Shown piece by piece: positions 21,059 to 30,699 of a stretch of 64,000 bases of DNA. Under the pieces are notes generated by a model that was not told where the DNA came from, ran no database searches, and saw only the letters and a program-made list of their open reading frames with translations. This stretch comes from an uncultured Gammaproteobacteria bacterium (GTDB taxonomy: Bacteria; Pseudomonadota; Gammaproteobacteria; Steroidobacterales; Steroidobacteraceae), in NCBI GenBank assembly GCA_963798595.1, contig CAWCTM010000010.1, positions 352-64,351 of the forward strand, written 5' to 3'. Positions within the stretch are counted from its first letter, which is position 1; each line of letters begins with the position of its first letter. A program made the position numbers and the translations under genes.

Positions 21059-22572
21059 CGATTTTGTTGAAGAAGTCGGTGAACAATTCGAGATGAATCG
21101 GCCGGGTCATTCGAAGGACGCCGATTGCGAGCCGCTGATGGTCTCAGGTTGGTTGAGGGCTTGGCATCGGTATCAGCTTGGCCAGCTTTCGGAGGTTTTG
21201 GGCGGTTGCTGCGAGAAGGAACTCATCACGCGCACCATTCGGCCCTCTTAGTCTGAGCCGGTCGAGCTTGAGAATGCGTTTGAGATGGGCGAACAGCATT
21301 TCAACTTTCTTGCGCAGTCGTCGCGCGGTGCGCCCTTGCCATGAGCTTGCGATCTGGCGTGCCATATCACGGGCGCCTTCATAGATCGAACGCGGCACGT
21401 AACGGGCCGGCTCCTTTGGACAGCATCGGCCTTTTAGACGGCAGGTCTGGCAGTCATACTTGCTGGCGCGGTAACGTAATGTCGCTTCGTCAACAGTTGA
21501 GCCTGTCGTCGTTAGCATCTTGCCGGCGGGGCAGTAATAGACGTCGCCGACATGGTCGTAGGTGAAGTCGTCGCGTGAGAAGGTGCCGTCCTGACGGGTC
21601 GACTTATCGAACACGGTCACATGTGGCTCGATGCCATGCTCGTAGACGAGCCATCCGAGCATCTCGGCTGAGCCATAGGCGCTGTCCCCCAATAGGCGTG
21701 CGGGATAAAGATCGAAGCGATCGAGCGAGCGTTCTATCATGCGTTTTGCGGCCAGGACCTCGGCCTGCCGGATCGCGGTTGTCGCTTCGACATCAACGAT
21801 GATCGCGTTGTCGACATCGATCAGATAGTTGGTGGAATAAGCAAAGAAGGCTTGCCCGCCATGGGCGCCGGTCCATCGCGCCGCCGGATCGGCCGGTGAG
21901 ACGAACTTGGGCACGACATCGGTCGCAGCGCCGAAGGCCTCATCGTCGAGCACAGCTATATATTCTTTGACCGCCCGGCCGGCGGCATCTGGTGGCAGCC
22001 CCCTCCCGCCCTCGATCCCTTTTTGCCGATTGGCATCCGCCTTGATCAGACTGGCATCGATCGCAAAGGCTTCGCCGCCGACTAGTCCCTCGCGGATGCA
22101 GCGCTGCAGAACCGTCTCAAAAACGCGTCGCAACAGATCGCTCTCGCGGAAACGGCCATGTCGGTTCTTCGAGAAGGTGGAATGGTTGGGGACATCACCG
22201 TCAAGCCCGAGCCGGCAGAACCACCTGTAGGCCAGATTGAGATGGACTTCCTCGCACAGGCGCCGCTCGGAGCGGATGCCAAAGCAATAACCGATGATCA
22301 GCATCCGGATCATCAGTTCGGGAGCGACCGACGGGCGACCCAGCGAGCTGTAGAACGGCGCGAGCTCGCGCCGCAGTTCCGACAGCTCGACAAAGCGATC
22401 GATCGACCTCAGCAAATGATCCGCCGGCACATGGGCATCGAGCGAGAAGTTGTAGAACAGGGCACCCTGTTCGACTTGCCGAGGTCCCATCATCGACTCA
22501 GTTCCTGTTTCTCAACAGGACTGAATCAGTGAGCCTTCACCGTTTCAACTGGCGAGTTTTTCAACAAAATCG
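21059..22572 (-). mobile_element. IS5/IS1182-superfamily insertion sequence
   Basis: Single transposase ORF flanked by imperfect inverted repeats: CGATTTTGTTGAAGAAGTCG (21059-21078) versus the reverse complement of 22553-22572, CGATTTTGTTGAAAAACTCG. The first 13 nt are identical. Confidence 0.6.
21144..22493 (-). CDS. IS5/IS1182-family DDE transposase
   Basis: 449 aa. InsH-type N-terminus LFYNFSLDAHVPADHLLRSIDRFVE...GRPSVAPELMIRMLIIGYCFGIRSERRLCEEVHLNLAYRWFCRL, followed by a DDE region. Confidence 0.85.
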   Translation of the reverse strand: MMGPRQVEQGALFYNFSLDAHVPADHLLRSIDRFVELSELRRELAPFYSSLGRPSVAPELMIRMLIIGYCFGIRSERRLCEEVHLNLAYRWFCRLGLDGDVPNHSTFSKNRHGRFRESDLLRRVFETVLQRCIREGLVGGEAFAIDASLIKADANRQKGIEGGRGLPPDAAGRAVKEYIAVLDDEAFGAATDVVPKFVSPADPAARWTGAHGGQAFFAYSTNYLIDVDNAIIVDVEATTAIRQAEVLAAKRMIERSLDRFDLYPARLLGDSAYGSAEMLGWLVYEHGIEPHVTVFDKSTRQDGTFSRDDFTYDHVGDVYYCPAGKMLTTTGSTVDEATLRYRASKYDCQTCRLKGRCCPKEPARYVPRSIYEGARDMARQIASSWQGRTARRLRKKVEMLFAHLKRILKLDRLRLRGPNGARDEFLLAATAQNLRKLAKLIPMPSPQPT

Positions 22573-22666
22573 GTCAAAAGCGACGGATGTGCGATGTCGG
22601 CACAATGCCCGCTCGTCACCCAATCGCCGACGTGAGAGCAGACATCGCCGTTGACGTTTTGGGCCC
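22556..22666. repeat. dispersed intergenic repeat, copy 2 (abuts the IS right end)
   Basis: See 17675-17800. Contains CGCTCGTCACCCAATCGCCGACGTGAGAGCAGACATC...GTTGACGTTT. Confidence 0.6.
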
Positions 22667-22831
22667 AAGAAGTGACATTTTGCACTTCGAATAAGGGGGT
22701 CACGTGCGGAGATTGCAATATCGACCTGCCGGATCGCTCAGCGTTGATCGATAATGGCCCGATCGAAAGCCCGCCCGGATTGTGCCTAGCCTGGCTGTAT
22801 CACATCAATCTTACCACCGTCTGGCCATGGC

Positions 22832-24535
22832 CTAATTGGCGCTTGCTGCGCGGCGGGCTGCCTCGATCTTCGCTTTCACGGCATCCATGTTGAAGCTGGC
22901 GCCCTTTTGCATCGGCGGGAACTCGATCGCGGTCATCGCCAATTTCTCCACTTGTTGCTGGACAAAAACGAAGCGCCAGAATTCGTATTTGAACCAGTCG
23001 AAGTATTGTTGGGCGCCGAATTTTGTTCCGCTGTCGGGCCAGCCGGTGCGTTCGAACGGATCAAGACGAAGGTTGACCACGATGGGCACGTCAAGCTTGG
23101 ATTTTTCGCCGAGCCAGCCCGCCGGTTGGTCGATGAAGCGATATTTGAAGTCGTCGATGCGCACGGCGCCCAACTCGCTTTCGCCGAAGTACCAGACCTC
23201 GTGCCGGTTCGACGGACCCTTTCCGGTGATCAGATCCATTTGGTTGTAGCCGTCCAGATAGACCTTGTATGTGGTATCACCCAGCTTCTTGCCCTGCTTC
23301 AGTTCAACGGCAATGTTCGGATTGCCGGCGGCCGCCACAAAGGTCGGGAACCAGTCGAGCCCAGAGATAATGCCGTTCTCGACTTTGCCGGCCGGCACCT
23401 TGCCTGGCCAGCGGATCATGGCCGGTACGCGGAAACCGCCTTCCAAGACCGTGCCCTTACTCTGCGCAAACGGCGTCTGTCCGCCGTCAGGCCAGGTGAA
23501 GACTTCGGTCCCATTATCGGTGGTGAATACAACAATGGTGTTGTCGTCGACGCCCATGTCCTTGAGCTTCTGCAGTACCAACCCGACGTCGTCGTCGAGC
23601 TGCGCCATGCCGGCTTCATGGATGCTCCAGCCGTTCTTCGAGTTGCGCATCGCCTCGTATTTGGGCGAGAGGTGGGTCACGATGTGCATCCGCGTCGGGT
23701 TGAGCCACACGAAGAATGGCTTGCCGTCGGCCTTCGCCTTGTCCATGAACTTGAAAGAAAGATCGCGTATTTCCTCGTCGACTGTTTCCATCCGTTTCGG
23801 ATAGAGAGTCCCGGCGTCTTCGATCTTCTGTTTGCCGACCTTGCCCCAGCGCGGCATCACCGTCGGGTCGTCGGTTTCGGTGGCCCAGCTATGAACCATG
23901 TTGCGCGGACCGACAACGTTTAGCAAATCCTGCGGGTAACCGGGGTGCGCGGGATCCTCCATCGCGTCGAGGTGATAAAGGTAGCCGAAGAACTCATCGA
24001 AGCCGTGGACGGTGGGCAGGAACTCATTGAGGTCGCCGAGGTGGTTCTTGCCGAACTGGCCGGTGGCATATCCCATGGACTTCAACGCCGTCGCTATTGT
24101 CACCGCCTGCGCCGGAATGCCGATAGTCGCGCCGGCCTGGCCGACCGTGGTCATGCCGGTACGGATCGGCAGTTCGCCGGTGATGAATTGCGCGCGACCC
24201 GCGGTGCAGCTTGCTTCGGCGTAGTAGTCAGTGAACAGCATGCCTTCGGCGGCGAGCTTGTCGATGTTCGGCGTCCGGCCCGCCATGAGGCCACGATGGT
24301 ACGCGCCGATGTTCCACATACCGATGTCATCGCCCATGATGAAGACAATGTTCGGCTGTTGCCCGGTTGCTGGCGCCGGTTGCTGTGCCTGCGCGGAGGT
24401 CGCCAGAACGACCCCCGGCAGCGCCGACGCTGCCAGCAACGAAGTGCCGGTCAACAGCAGATCGCGCCGTTTGAGACCTTCGCTGTTCGGAGTGATGCCG
24501 TCCTCGGATTTTCCACGCTCTTTGTCCTTACTCAT
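22832..24535 (-). CDS. arylsulfatase (type I sulfatase), Tat-exported
   Basis: Twin-arginine leader LKRRDLLLTGTSLLAASALPG...AQA. Motifs PNIVFIMGDDIGMWN and SCTAGRAQFITG (C-x-A-x-R variant). Paralogue of 54694-56187. Confidence 0.9.
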   Translation of the reverse strand: MSKDKERGKSEDGITPNSEGLKRRDLLLTGTSLLAASALPGVVLATSAQAQQPAPATGQQPNIVFIMGDDIGMWNIGAYHRGLMAGRTPNIDKLAAEGMLFTDYYAEASCTAGRAQFITGELPIRTGMTTVGQAGATIGIPAQAVTIATALKSMGYATGQFGKNHLGDLNEFLPTVHGFDEFFGYLYHLDAMEDPAHPGYPQDLLNVVGPRNMVHSWATETDDPTVMPRWGKVGKQKIEDAGTLYPKRMETVDEEIRDLSFKFMDKAKADGKPFFVWLNPTRMHIVTHLSPKYEAMRNSKNGWSIHEAGMAQLDDDVGLVLQKLKDMGVDDNTIVVFTTDNGTEVFTWPDGGQTPFAQSKGTVLEGGFRVPAMIRWPGKVPAGKVENGIISGLDWFPTFVAAAGNPNIAVELKQGKKLGDTTYKVYLDGYNQMDLITGKGPSNRHEVWYFGESELGAVRIDDFKYRFIDQPAGWLGEKSKLDVPIVVNLRLDPFERTGWPDSGTKFGAQQYFDWFKYEFWRFVFVQQQVEKLAMTAIEFPPMQKGASFNMDAVKAKIEAARRAASAN

Positions 24536-24963
24536 GTCGCCCTCTCACTGTATTTTCGCACGATGCACAGAAAGCAGACATGCTTTTGCGCCGAAAGCCA
24601 CCATTCTTTGCCGGGGTATTGGTCGCCTCGGCTGAAGGCACATTGATTCTAGTCGCTCACGTCGTCTCGGCCAAGCATGGCCAAAAAGGCCGTTGCTGCC
24701 GTTGCTGAAACGTATTCGCACCAAGGCGCTCGGCCTCGCCGTAGCACAGACGCTTCTCGTTGCTGCCACCGAGGTCATCAAATGAACCTATCGCAATGCG
24801 TCAATTGACGTTAGCAAACGGTTGTCCTGGGTCAATATCGACCGAGCGTCGCCCTGTGCTCCAGCTTTGCTTCGGAAGCGGAAATCAAAACGGGCGTCCA
24901 CACTCGAAGCTCAGTGCCAACGACGACCAAACGCGGCGCAAGGCAGTAATAGTCTCTTGCAGT

Positions 24964-25116
24964 TTAGCGGATGACTGGCGGGTCGCCGGTCATAGTAATC
25001 GTGCGACCAGCTTTGACCAACGGCGCCGTGCCGAGGTCGGTCGTCCCGATGTGTCCGTATTTGCCGACGGCCGCGACTACTAAGGCGCAGAAAAGCCCGA
25101 GCGCAAAGACCTTCAT
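24964..25116 (-). CDS. small secreted hypothetical protein
   Basis: MKVFALGLFCALVVAAVG... leader. Short ORF with weak support. Confidence 0.3.
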   Translation of the reverse strand: MKVFALGLFCALVVAAVGKYGHIGTTDLGTAPLVKAGRTITMTGDPPVIR

Positions 25117-25304
25117 GTGCGTCCTGGAATCAGCCTTGTGTATTGAGTGATTCATCAAAACGGCTCCTCAGATGAAGTTATAAATTACACGGCAGGTATG
25201 GCGAGGAAGCGGATCCCGTTCCAGTATACGTTTGTCGACCCTACTTGGCAGAAAGGGCGGGAGACCTATACCGTCGTATAGGTGCCCAGGGCTTGGGCGA
25301 GCCG

Positions 25305-25721
25305 CTACGGCGCGGATCGGCGCGCACCAGGTAACGGCGGAACTTCTCTTCCCGTGCGCTTGAGCGCATTCTCGAGGCAGTCGATCAGTTGCTGGTCACC
25401 GAATGGCTTGCGGAGGAAACCGCGCGCCCCGGCGTTCAGCACGCGCCTGCGAAGACCATCGTCGCGGGATGCAGTCATGATAATGATGGGCATCGTGTTA
25501 CCGTCAGCGATTAGCCGTTCCTGCAGGTCGGCGCCGCTCATGCCAGGCATCCCGAGGTCCGTAATGAGGCAGGACGAGTCGCGAGCAGCGCCTGATTGCA
25601 AATATTCTTCGGTGGAGGAAAACGTCGCGGTGGTGTAACCAAGTGAGCGAACGAGAGCGTTTACACCATCTCGTACCGACGCATCGTCGTCAACGATTGA
25701 GATCATCGTCACCTTGGGCAA
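25305..25721 (-). CDS. single-domain response regulator (REC only)
   Basis: ISIVDDDASVRDGVNALVRSLGY...LITDLGMPGMSGADLQERL...PIIIMTASRD...GARGFLRKPF. Confidence 0.8.
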   Translation of the reverse strand: MPKVTMISIVDDDASVRDGVNALVRSLGYTTATFSSTEEYLQSGAARDSSCLITDLGMPGMSGADLQERLIADGNTMPIIIMTASRDDGLRRRVLNAGARGFLRKPFGDQQLIDCLENALKRTGREVPPLPGARRSAP

Positions 25722-25832
25722 TTTGAGGAACCTTGTTTGCCCCTGAACTACGGGATTCGGAGATGACGCAGGACTGATCCCCGGCGCATATTCAGTGATT
25801 GGGAGGAAACCGGAACTGTACTTGTGTATAGG

Positions 25833-26471
25833 TCAGGGCTTGACGCGCCGAACCCCGAGCGCGTCCGCCATGCGCACCAGTTCGGCAAGCGATTTAGCTT
25901 CCATTTTGCGCATGACTTTGCCGCGGTGAAGCTTCACGGTGACTTCGCTGACGCCGATCTCGCCGGCGATTTGTTTGTTCATCAGCCCGGACGTCACCAA
26001 ACCCATGATCTCGCGTTCGCGCGGCGTGAGCGTATCGAAGCTTGCCTTCAACTTTGTGCTATCTCCCGCGCGCTTTCGACCTTCCCGGTCCTGCTCAAGT
26101 CCCGCTTGGACCGCGTCGAGCATATCTTGGTCACGAAACGGCTTGGGTAAGAATTCCACGGCGCCGGCTTTCATAGCCCGCACGGTCATCGGAATGTCGC
26201 CGTGACCCGTCATGAAAACGATCGGGAGCTGAATATTGGATTTGGTCAACTCGGATTGGAAATCGAGGCCGCTCAGCCCGGGCAATCTGACGTCAAGTAC
26301 CATACAGCTTGGGCCATCCGGCACAGGCCTGCTTTTCAGGAACTCCGCGGCCGAAGTGAATGACCTCACTTGCAGGCCCACCGATCTAAACAGAGCCGAT
26401 AGACCCTCACGCACGGACGTATCGTCGTCGACTACAAACACTATCGGTATGGGTTCGACACGCGTGCTCAT
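25833..26471 (-). CDS. FixJ/LuxR-type response regulator (REC plus HTH)
   Basis: VFVVDDDTSVREGL...MVLDVRLPGLSGLDFQ...PIVFMTGHGDIPMTVRAMKAGAVEFLPKPF...LTPREREIMGLVTSGLMNKQIAGEIGVSEVTVKLHRGKVMRKM. ATG at 26471 is preferred. Confidence 0.85.
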   Translation of the reverse strand: MSTRVEPIPIVFVVDDDTSVREGLSALFRSVGLQVRSFTSAAEFLKSRPVPDGPSCMVLDVRLPGLSGLDFQSELTKSNIQLPIVFMTGHGDIPMTVRAMKAGAVEFLPKPFRDQDMLDAVQAGLEQDREGRKRAGDSTKLKASFDTLTPREREIMGLVTSGLMNKQIAGEIGVSEVTVKLHRGKVMRKMEAKSLAELVRMADALGVRRVKP

Positions 26472-26639
26472 GAATGCCGCCGTGGGGCGAGTCTCTATTG
26501 TTCGCACTGGCGAAGCTTCCTGTTGAGCTCTGCCAATTTGCGCAAGTCGGCTGCGTCGTTGCAGCCGCCGCGAGGGAATTGTAGCAAGAAGAGAGATAAA
26601 CGGCCACCGCTAGCATTGCGGGCTTCGGACGCCGACCAA

Positions 26640-26675
26640 CAAAAAGAACCCCAAACGCGAGCGGCTTGGGGTTCT
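26640..26675 (-). terminator. intrinsic terminator at the 3' end of repeat element A (minus strand)
   Basis: On the minus strand: GAACCCCAA-(11-nt loop)-TTGGGGTTC followed by TTTTT (plus-strand coordinates 26646-26674 and 26641-26645). Confidence 0.55.
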
Positions 26676-26997
26676 AACAGTCGTTGCCTCTTAGGCTTAT
26701 GGACTTGCCGGCGGGTGTGTCAGGGGATGGGGCGCCGGCCAAATCGGCCTAACGGCGTCTAGAATAGCGCAAAAGCGGAACCAGGCTCCATTGACCTTAG
26801 TGAAAATGCGTCGTTTGAAATGATAGGGAGTCCCATACTCAAGGATAGGAACGACGCGTTCCGAGTGCACCGCGCGGTGGCCCTCAGCGGGCCACTTGCC
26901 ATGCGCACACCATCCCTTCGTACAGGGTCTCCCGCCGTTCAGATCACCCCTCATTAACCAAGGTGTGATGGAGCGGCTCACGCAATCTGCCTAGCAT
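26676..26997 (-). repeat. about 330-bp non-coding repeat element, copy A (candidate ncRNA or leader)
   Basis: Alignable by eye over its whole length to 30700-31045. Its last ~80 nt are also repeated at 28181-28260. It lies between the fixJ-like gene and the L,D-transpeptidase gene. Confidence 0.6.
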
Positions 26998-27021
26998 CCG
27001 TGAAAACACGGGGAGTGCAGA

Positions 27022-27744
27022 ATGAATTCGCGGCTGACCCATATCGTTACGATTAGCTTCGCTGGACTGATGTTTGTCGGCGCCAGCGGGTTGTGGTCCG
27101 GCGCCGCCCATTCGCAGGTCATGGCGATGGCGACGGAGTATGATGTTGCGAACACCGCGGCTCTGCCGCAGCAGGACGCGTCCGCCGAGTTCGGTGAGGC
27201 TGCTGACATTCCGACCCGCCTGCGCCGCCAGGTGGTTGATTATCCCGCCGGCGAGCCGGCCGGTACGATCATAGTCGATACGCCGAACGCCTATCTCTAC
27301 TTCGTGCTCGGAGGTGTCAAAGCGATCCGTTACGGCGTCGGCATCGGCCGTAAAGGCTTTACCTGGTCCGGCACGAAGACGATCGAGCGCAAAACCGAGT
27401 GGCCGGATTGGTATCCGCCAGCGGAAATGTTGCAGCGCCAACCCTATCTGCCCCGGTTCATGGCCGGCGGTCCCGGCAACCCGCTTGGCGCCCGCGCGAT
27501 GTATCTCAGCGGCACGGTCTATCGTATTCACGGCACCAACAAGCCGTCGAGCATTGGCACCCGGGTGTCGAGCGGATGTATCCGCATGCTGAATGCTGAC
27601 GTGATCGATCTTTATGAACGAACGCGGGTCGGCACAAAAGTGGTGGTCTTGCCGCTAAATAACCGTGACGTGGCGCAACTTGCGACCGGGTCACCACCGT
27701 CCGGGCCGAAGCCAATCCAAATTTTCGATGAAAGTATGCGCTGA
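27022..27744 (+). CDS. L,D-transpeptidase (YkuD domain), secreted
   Basis: KTEWPDWYPPAEMLQRQPYLPRFMAGGPGNPLGARAMYLSGTVYRIHGTNKPSSIGTRVSSGCIRMLNADVIDLY, with a signal peptide. Confidence 0.9.
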   Translation: MNSRLTHIVTISFAGLMFVGASGLWSGAAHSQVMAMATEYDVANTAALPQQDASAEFGEAADIPTRLRRQVVDYPAGEPAGTIIVDTPNAYLYFVLGGVKAIRYGVGIGRKGFTWSGTKTIERKTEWPDWYPPAEMLQRQPYLPRFMAGGPGNPLGARAMYLSGTVYRIHGTNKPSSIGTRVSSGCIRMLNADVIDLYERTRVGTKVVVLPLNNRDVAQLATGSPPSGPKPIQIFDESMR

Positions 27745-27855
27745 GCGGAGAGATTGCATCGCTGGGGAAGATCAGATGCGCAAGTGCATGATTGGCGTCA
27801 TTTTTTTGCGACCGACCCCGGTGGCCCACTGAACAGCTAATAAAGGAGCAATGCC

Positions 27856-28101
27856 ATGTCGACAAAACTTGCCGTACTTCCTTGGAGCAAGAATGGCAGC
27901 CAGCGCCGTTTCAGCAGCGGCATCTTCCATCGGCGCTTTACGGCGTTTACTTCTTTTCTCGACGACGTTTCGGACCGCATCGAGAGGATATGGATCGAAA
28001 ATCAATACTGGGACCGGGCCGCGCCGACAGTGTTTGCCCTGTTTATGGCCAGCCTGGTTGCGGTGCTGGCGCTCAGTTACGCGGGCGTACAGATCGTTTG
28101 A
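27856..28101 (+). CDS. small membrane protein, unknown function
   Basis: AAGGAG lies 7 nt upstream of the ATG. C-terminal TM helix APTVFALFMASLVAVLALSYAGV. Confidence 0.45.
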   Translation: MSTKLAVLPWSKNGSQRRFSSGIFHRRFTAFTSFLDDVSDRIERIWIENQYWDRAAPTVFALFMASLVAVLALSYAGVQIV

Positions 28102-28180
28102 AGTGAGCGAAAAGTCATCGTTCGATTCTGCGAAACGGCATTTCACCGCTACCGCAATCCGTCTGTGTTTCAGTACTATA

Positions 28181-28260
28181 CCTTCGTACAGGTCTCCCGC
28201 CGTTCAGATTACACCTCATTAACTAAGGTGCGATGGAGCGGCTCGAGCAATCGGCCTAGC
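28181..28260. repeat. partial copy C of the repeat element (matches 26914-26995)
   Basis: CCTTCGTACAGGTCTCCCGCCGTTCAGATTACACCTCATTAACTAAGGTGCGATGGAGCGGCTCGAGCAATCGGCCTAGC matches CCCTTCGTACAGGGTCTCCCGCCGTTCAGATCACCCCTCATTAACCAAGGTGTGATGGAGCGGCTCACGCAATCTGCCTAGC. Both lie just upstream of plus-strand genes for exported proteins. Confidence 0.7.
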
Positions 28261-28311
28261 TTCGCAACAAGTTGAGCGGACGACAGTCGGCCCGCTGCTG
28301 GCGAGGGACAA

Positions 28312-28620
28312 ATGAAGAAGAGTTTGATGGCCGTCATCCTTGCCGCCGGGTGTGCTGCGGTGTTTGTGGGAATACTTCCGCCACCGGCTCCCGCAGCTGC
28401 AGCGATACAGAACGGTAAGCATCACATTATTGCCGCCGGCAAAACCGAAACGCAGGCACCGCGCGCCGCTGAACACAGGACCGGCTGCGCGGAGGCTTGG
28501 CCGTATTATGAGGCTTCGTGCCTTCGCGACGCACACGTGCACGAAGGCGTCAGCACCAGCGTTCGCGTGGTAAGCGCCGACAAGGCAGCTAAGATCCGCA
28601 TCCAAACCGCGCAACGCTAG
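28312..28620 (+). CDS. small secreted hypothetical protein
   Basis: MKKSLMAVILAAGCAAVFVG leader. 102 aa. Confidence 0.45.
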   Translation: MKKSLMAVILAAGCAAVFVGILPPPAPAAAAIQNGKHHIIAAGKTETQAPRAAEHRTGCAEAWPYYEASCLRDAHVHEGVSTSVRVVSADKAAKIRIQTAQR

Positions 28621-28629
28621 GCGAAGACA

Positions 28630-28923
28630 ATGCCGAGATTATTTTCAATCTGCATCAAAGGAGCGATCGCGGTTGTCGGCTGCGCGGTGCTTTTTTGCGT
28701 AGCGAATGAGCCCGGCACCGCGCAGTACGAGCGGCGGACTGCGATCGTTTCGAATTCCGCCAAAAAGGGCGATCGGTTGCCTACTTCCGCTGCCAAAGCA
28801 CCTACTCCTTCGTTCTATGCGAAGCCGTCCTCGCCCAGGCGTCCCCCACTTGGCTGTGACCCAATGTTCAGCCCGATCGCCGATCCCGCGCACGCGAGCC
28901 TCTATGGCCGCTGTATGACGTGA
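28630..28923 (+). CDS. small secreted hypothetical protein (C-terminal ...GCDPMFSPIADPAHASLYGRCMT)
   Basis: Hydrophobic leader, conserved-looking Cys pair at the C-terminus, tightly spaced after 28312-28620. Confidence 0.5.
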   Translation: MPRLFSICIKGAIAVVGCAVLFCVANEPGTAQYERRTAIVSNSAKKGDRLPTSAAKAPTPSFYAKPSSPRRPPLGCDPMFSPIADPAHASLYGRCMT

Positions 28924-29051
28924 TTACCCTTTGATCGATTGATCAGACGCTCACTCACGTATTTGTCATGCCGCGCGGGCTGCGGCGCGGATATGATGGG
29001 CTGGGTGTCGGACGGGATTGCGTTTTCTTTTTAGAGCTCCGCGGCGAGTGA

Positions 29052-30653
29052 ATGCGAGGGGCCTGTGGACCATACGGCCAGTGCATATCCATGAGCGGCG
29101 CCGCACTCCGATTGGAGGACGGCGCTGCGCCTACCGCCTCGCCTTGGCTTCAATTGGTATACCAGACGGCTCCGGTCGGTCTTGCGTTTCTGAGTACCGA
29201 TTGCCGCTATCTGATGATCAATCAGCATTTGACGGAGATTTGCGGCGTCTCAATTGCTGATCATCTCGGAAGAACGGTGCGCGAAACGGTTCCGCTGGTC
29301 GCGGAGCAGGTCGAATGGATCGTACGGGAAATCATGCGCTCCGGCGAGCCAATCACCGGCGTCGAGGTGAATGGTCAACGACCCGACGGGACGAATGTCG
29401 AGCGCGTATGGGTGACTTATTGGCACCCTTTGAAGAGCGGCAACGGGGAAGTGATCGGAATCAACGTCGCCGCCGAGGAAATCACCGAGCGAAAGCGCGC
29501 GGAAGCAGAACGTGCCGCAATGCAGGACCGGTTGCGCCTGCTGAACGAGTCACTGGCGGAACGTGTTGAGGCAGAGGCTCAGGAGCGCAACCGCCTTTGG
29601 AAACTCTCTCAGGACCTGCTTGTCGTTAGTGACCACCATGGAACGATCAACAACGTCAATCCTGCCTGGACTATGACACTGGGGTGGGAACCAGATGTGC
29701 TGATCGGGAAAACGGCCACTTGGCTGGTTCACCCGGATGATGTCGAACGATCGGTCCAGGTGATGCTCAATCGGGAAGCGGGCCATCCAAGCCGTCATTT
29801 TGAAAACCGCATGCGATGCAAAGACGGTTCGTACCGATGGCTGTCCTGGCGCTCCATGGCTGACCGTTCGTCCATTTACGCCATTGCCCGGGACATAACG
29901 GAAATCAAGCAAGCGCAAGAACAGCTGAATTCGCTGCGCAGTGAGCTCGCGCAAACATCCCGCCAAACCACAATCGGCGCGATGACCGCGTCAATTGCGC
30001 ACGAAATCCGACAGCCATTGAGCGGCATTTCGGCAAACGCCGGCGCCGCCGAAAGGTGGCTGAAAGGCCCAGAGCCGAACCTTGCTGAAGTCGAAGCCGC
30101 TTTGGGCCGCATCGTAAGAGATATGCATCGGGTCGATGAGGTTATTAGCAGCGTCCGAAGTATGTTCGGCAACAGGCCAGGCGAGAAAGCTCTGATCGAT
30201 GTCAATTCGTTGATCAACGAAGCTCTTGTATTGACGGAGAGCGAACTGCTGAGGCAAAGGACGATCCTGAAAAAGAATACGCCCCCGAATCTCCAGCCAG
30301 TATCTGCCAACCGCGTTCAGCTCCAGCAGGTTCTCGTCAATCTCATCGTGAACAGCGTGGATGCAATGGACGCTGTCGTTGGCCGTGAGCGCATTTTAAC
30401 GATCGATGTTGAGGGTGACGGCAGCGTTATCACAATCGCGGTTGGCGATACCGGAGACGGTGTCAAACAGGAACATCTCGATAAAATATTCGAACCTTTC
30501 TACACGACAAAGCAGGACGGGATGGGTTTGGGCCTTTCTATTTGCCGATCGATCGTCGAGGCCCACGGCGGCAAACTATGGGCTTCCAGGGGAGACCCAT
30601 TCGGTACGACATTCCATATGACGTTGAGTATCGGTAACGATACGACGAAATGA
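29052..30653 (+). CDS. PAS-domain sensor histidine kinase (cytoplasmic)
   Basis: Two PAS-like segments, HisKA box ASIAHEIRQPLSGISANAGAAERWL, and an ATPase part with NLIVNSVDAM...DTGDGV...IFEPFYTTKQDGMGLGLSICRSIVEAHGGKL. Confidence 0.85.
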   Translation: MRGACGPYGQCISMSGAALRLEDGAAPTASPWLQLVYQTAPVGLAFLSTDCRYLMINQHLTEICGVSIADHLGRTVRETVPLVAEQVEWIVREIMRSGEPITGVEVNGQRPDGTNVERVWVTYWHPLKSGNGEVIGINVAAEEITERKRAEAERAAMQDRLRLLNESLAERVEAEAQERNRLWKLSQDLLVVSDHHGTINNVNPAWTMTLGWEPDVLIGKTATWLVHPDDVERSVQVMLNREAGHPSRHFENRMRCKDGSYRWLSWRSMADRSSIYAIARDITEIKQAQEQLNSLRSELAQTSRQTTIGAMTASIAHEIRQPLSGISANAGAAERWLKGPEPNLAEVEAALGRIVRDMHRVDEVISSVRSMFGNRPGEKALIDVNSLINEALVLTESELLRQRTILKKNTPPNLQPVSANRVQLQQVLVNLIVNSVDAMDAVVGRERILTIDVEGDGSVITIAVGDTGDGVKQEHLDKIFEPFYTTKQDGMGLGLSICRSIVEAHGGKLWASRGDPFGTTFHMTLSIGNDTTK

Positions 30654-30699
30654 TTGCAAAGATCGACGATCCCTACGGAAAACTCGTGCCCGGAATCGC

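Noticed and set aside
22907-24646. 338-aa, 233-aa and other plus-strand ORFs opposite the 22832-24535 sulfatase.
   Set aside because: These are shadow ORFs antisense to a well-supported CDS.
26800-26900. EcfG/general-stress promoter (GGAAC-N16/17-CGTT) within the repeat elements.
   Set aside because: GGAAC and CGTT occur, but not at the required spacing on either strand.
26697-26981. 94-aa ORF inside repeat element A, and the 124-aa ORF (30721-31095) inside element B, as protein genes.
   Set aside because: The two copies differ by indels that break the frame, while nucleotide similarity continues beyond the stop of the A ORF. This is a non-coding conservation pattern.
26640-26997. Element A as tmRNA, or as a guanidine (ykkC) riboswitch. 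The cues were GCAACGAC near the 3' end and ACGGCGGGA internally.
   Set aside because: No tag-like reading frame follows (GGC AAC GAC TGT TAG). There is no tRNA-like acceptor or T-arm. The ykkC hallmark blocks (CTAGGGTTCCG, GGTCCGAGAG) are absent. The element is also multi-copy.
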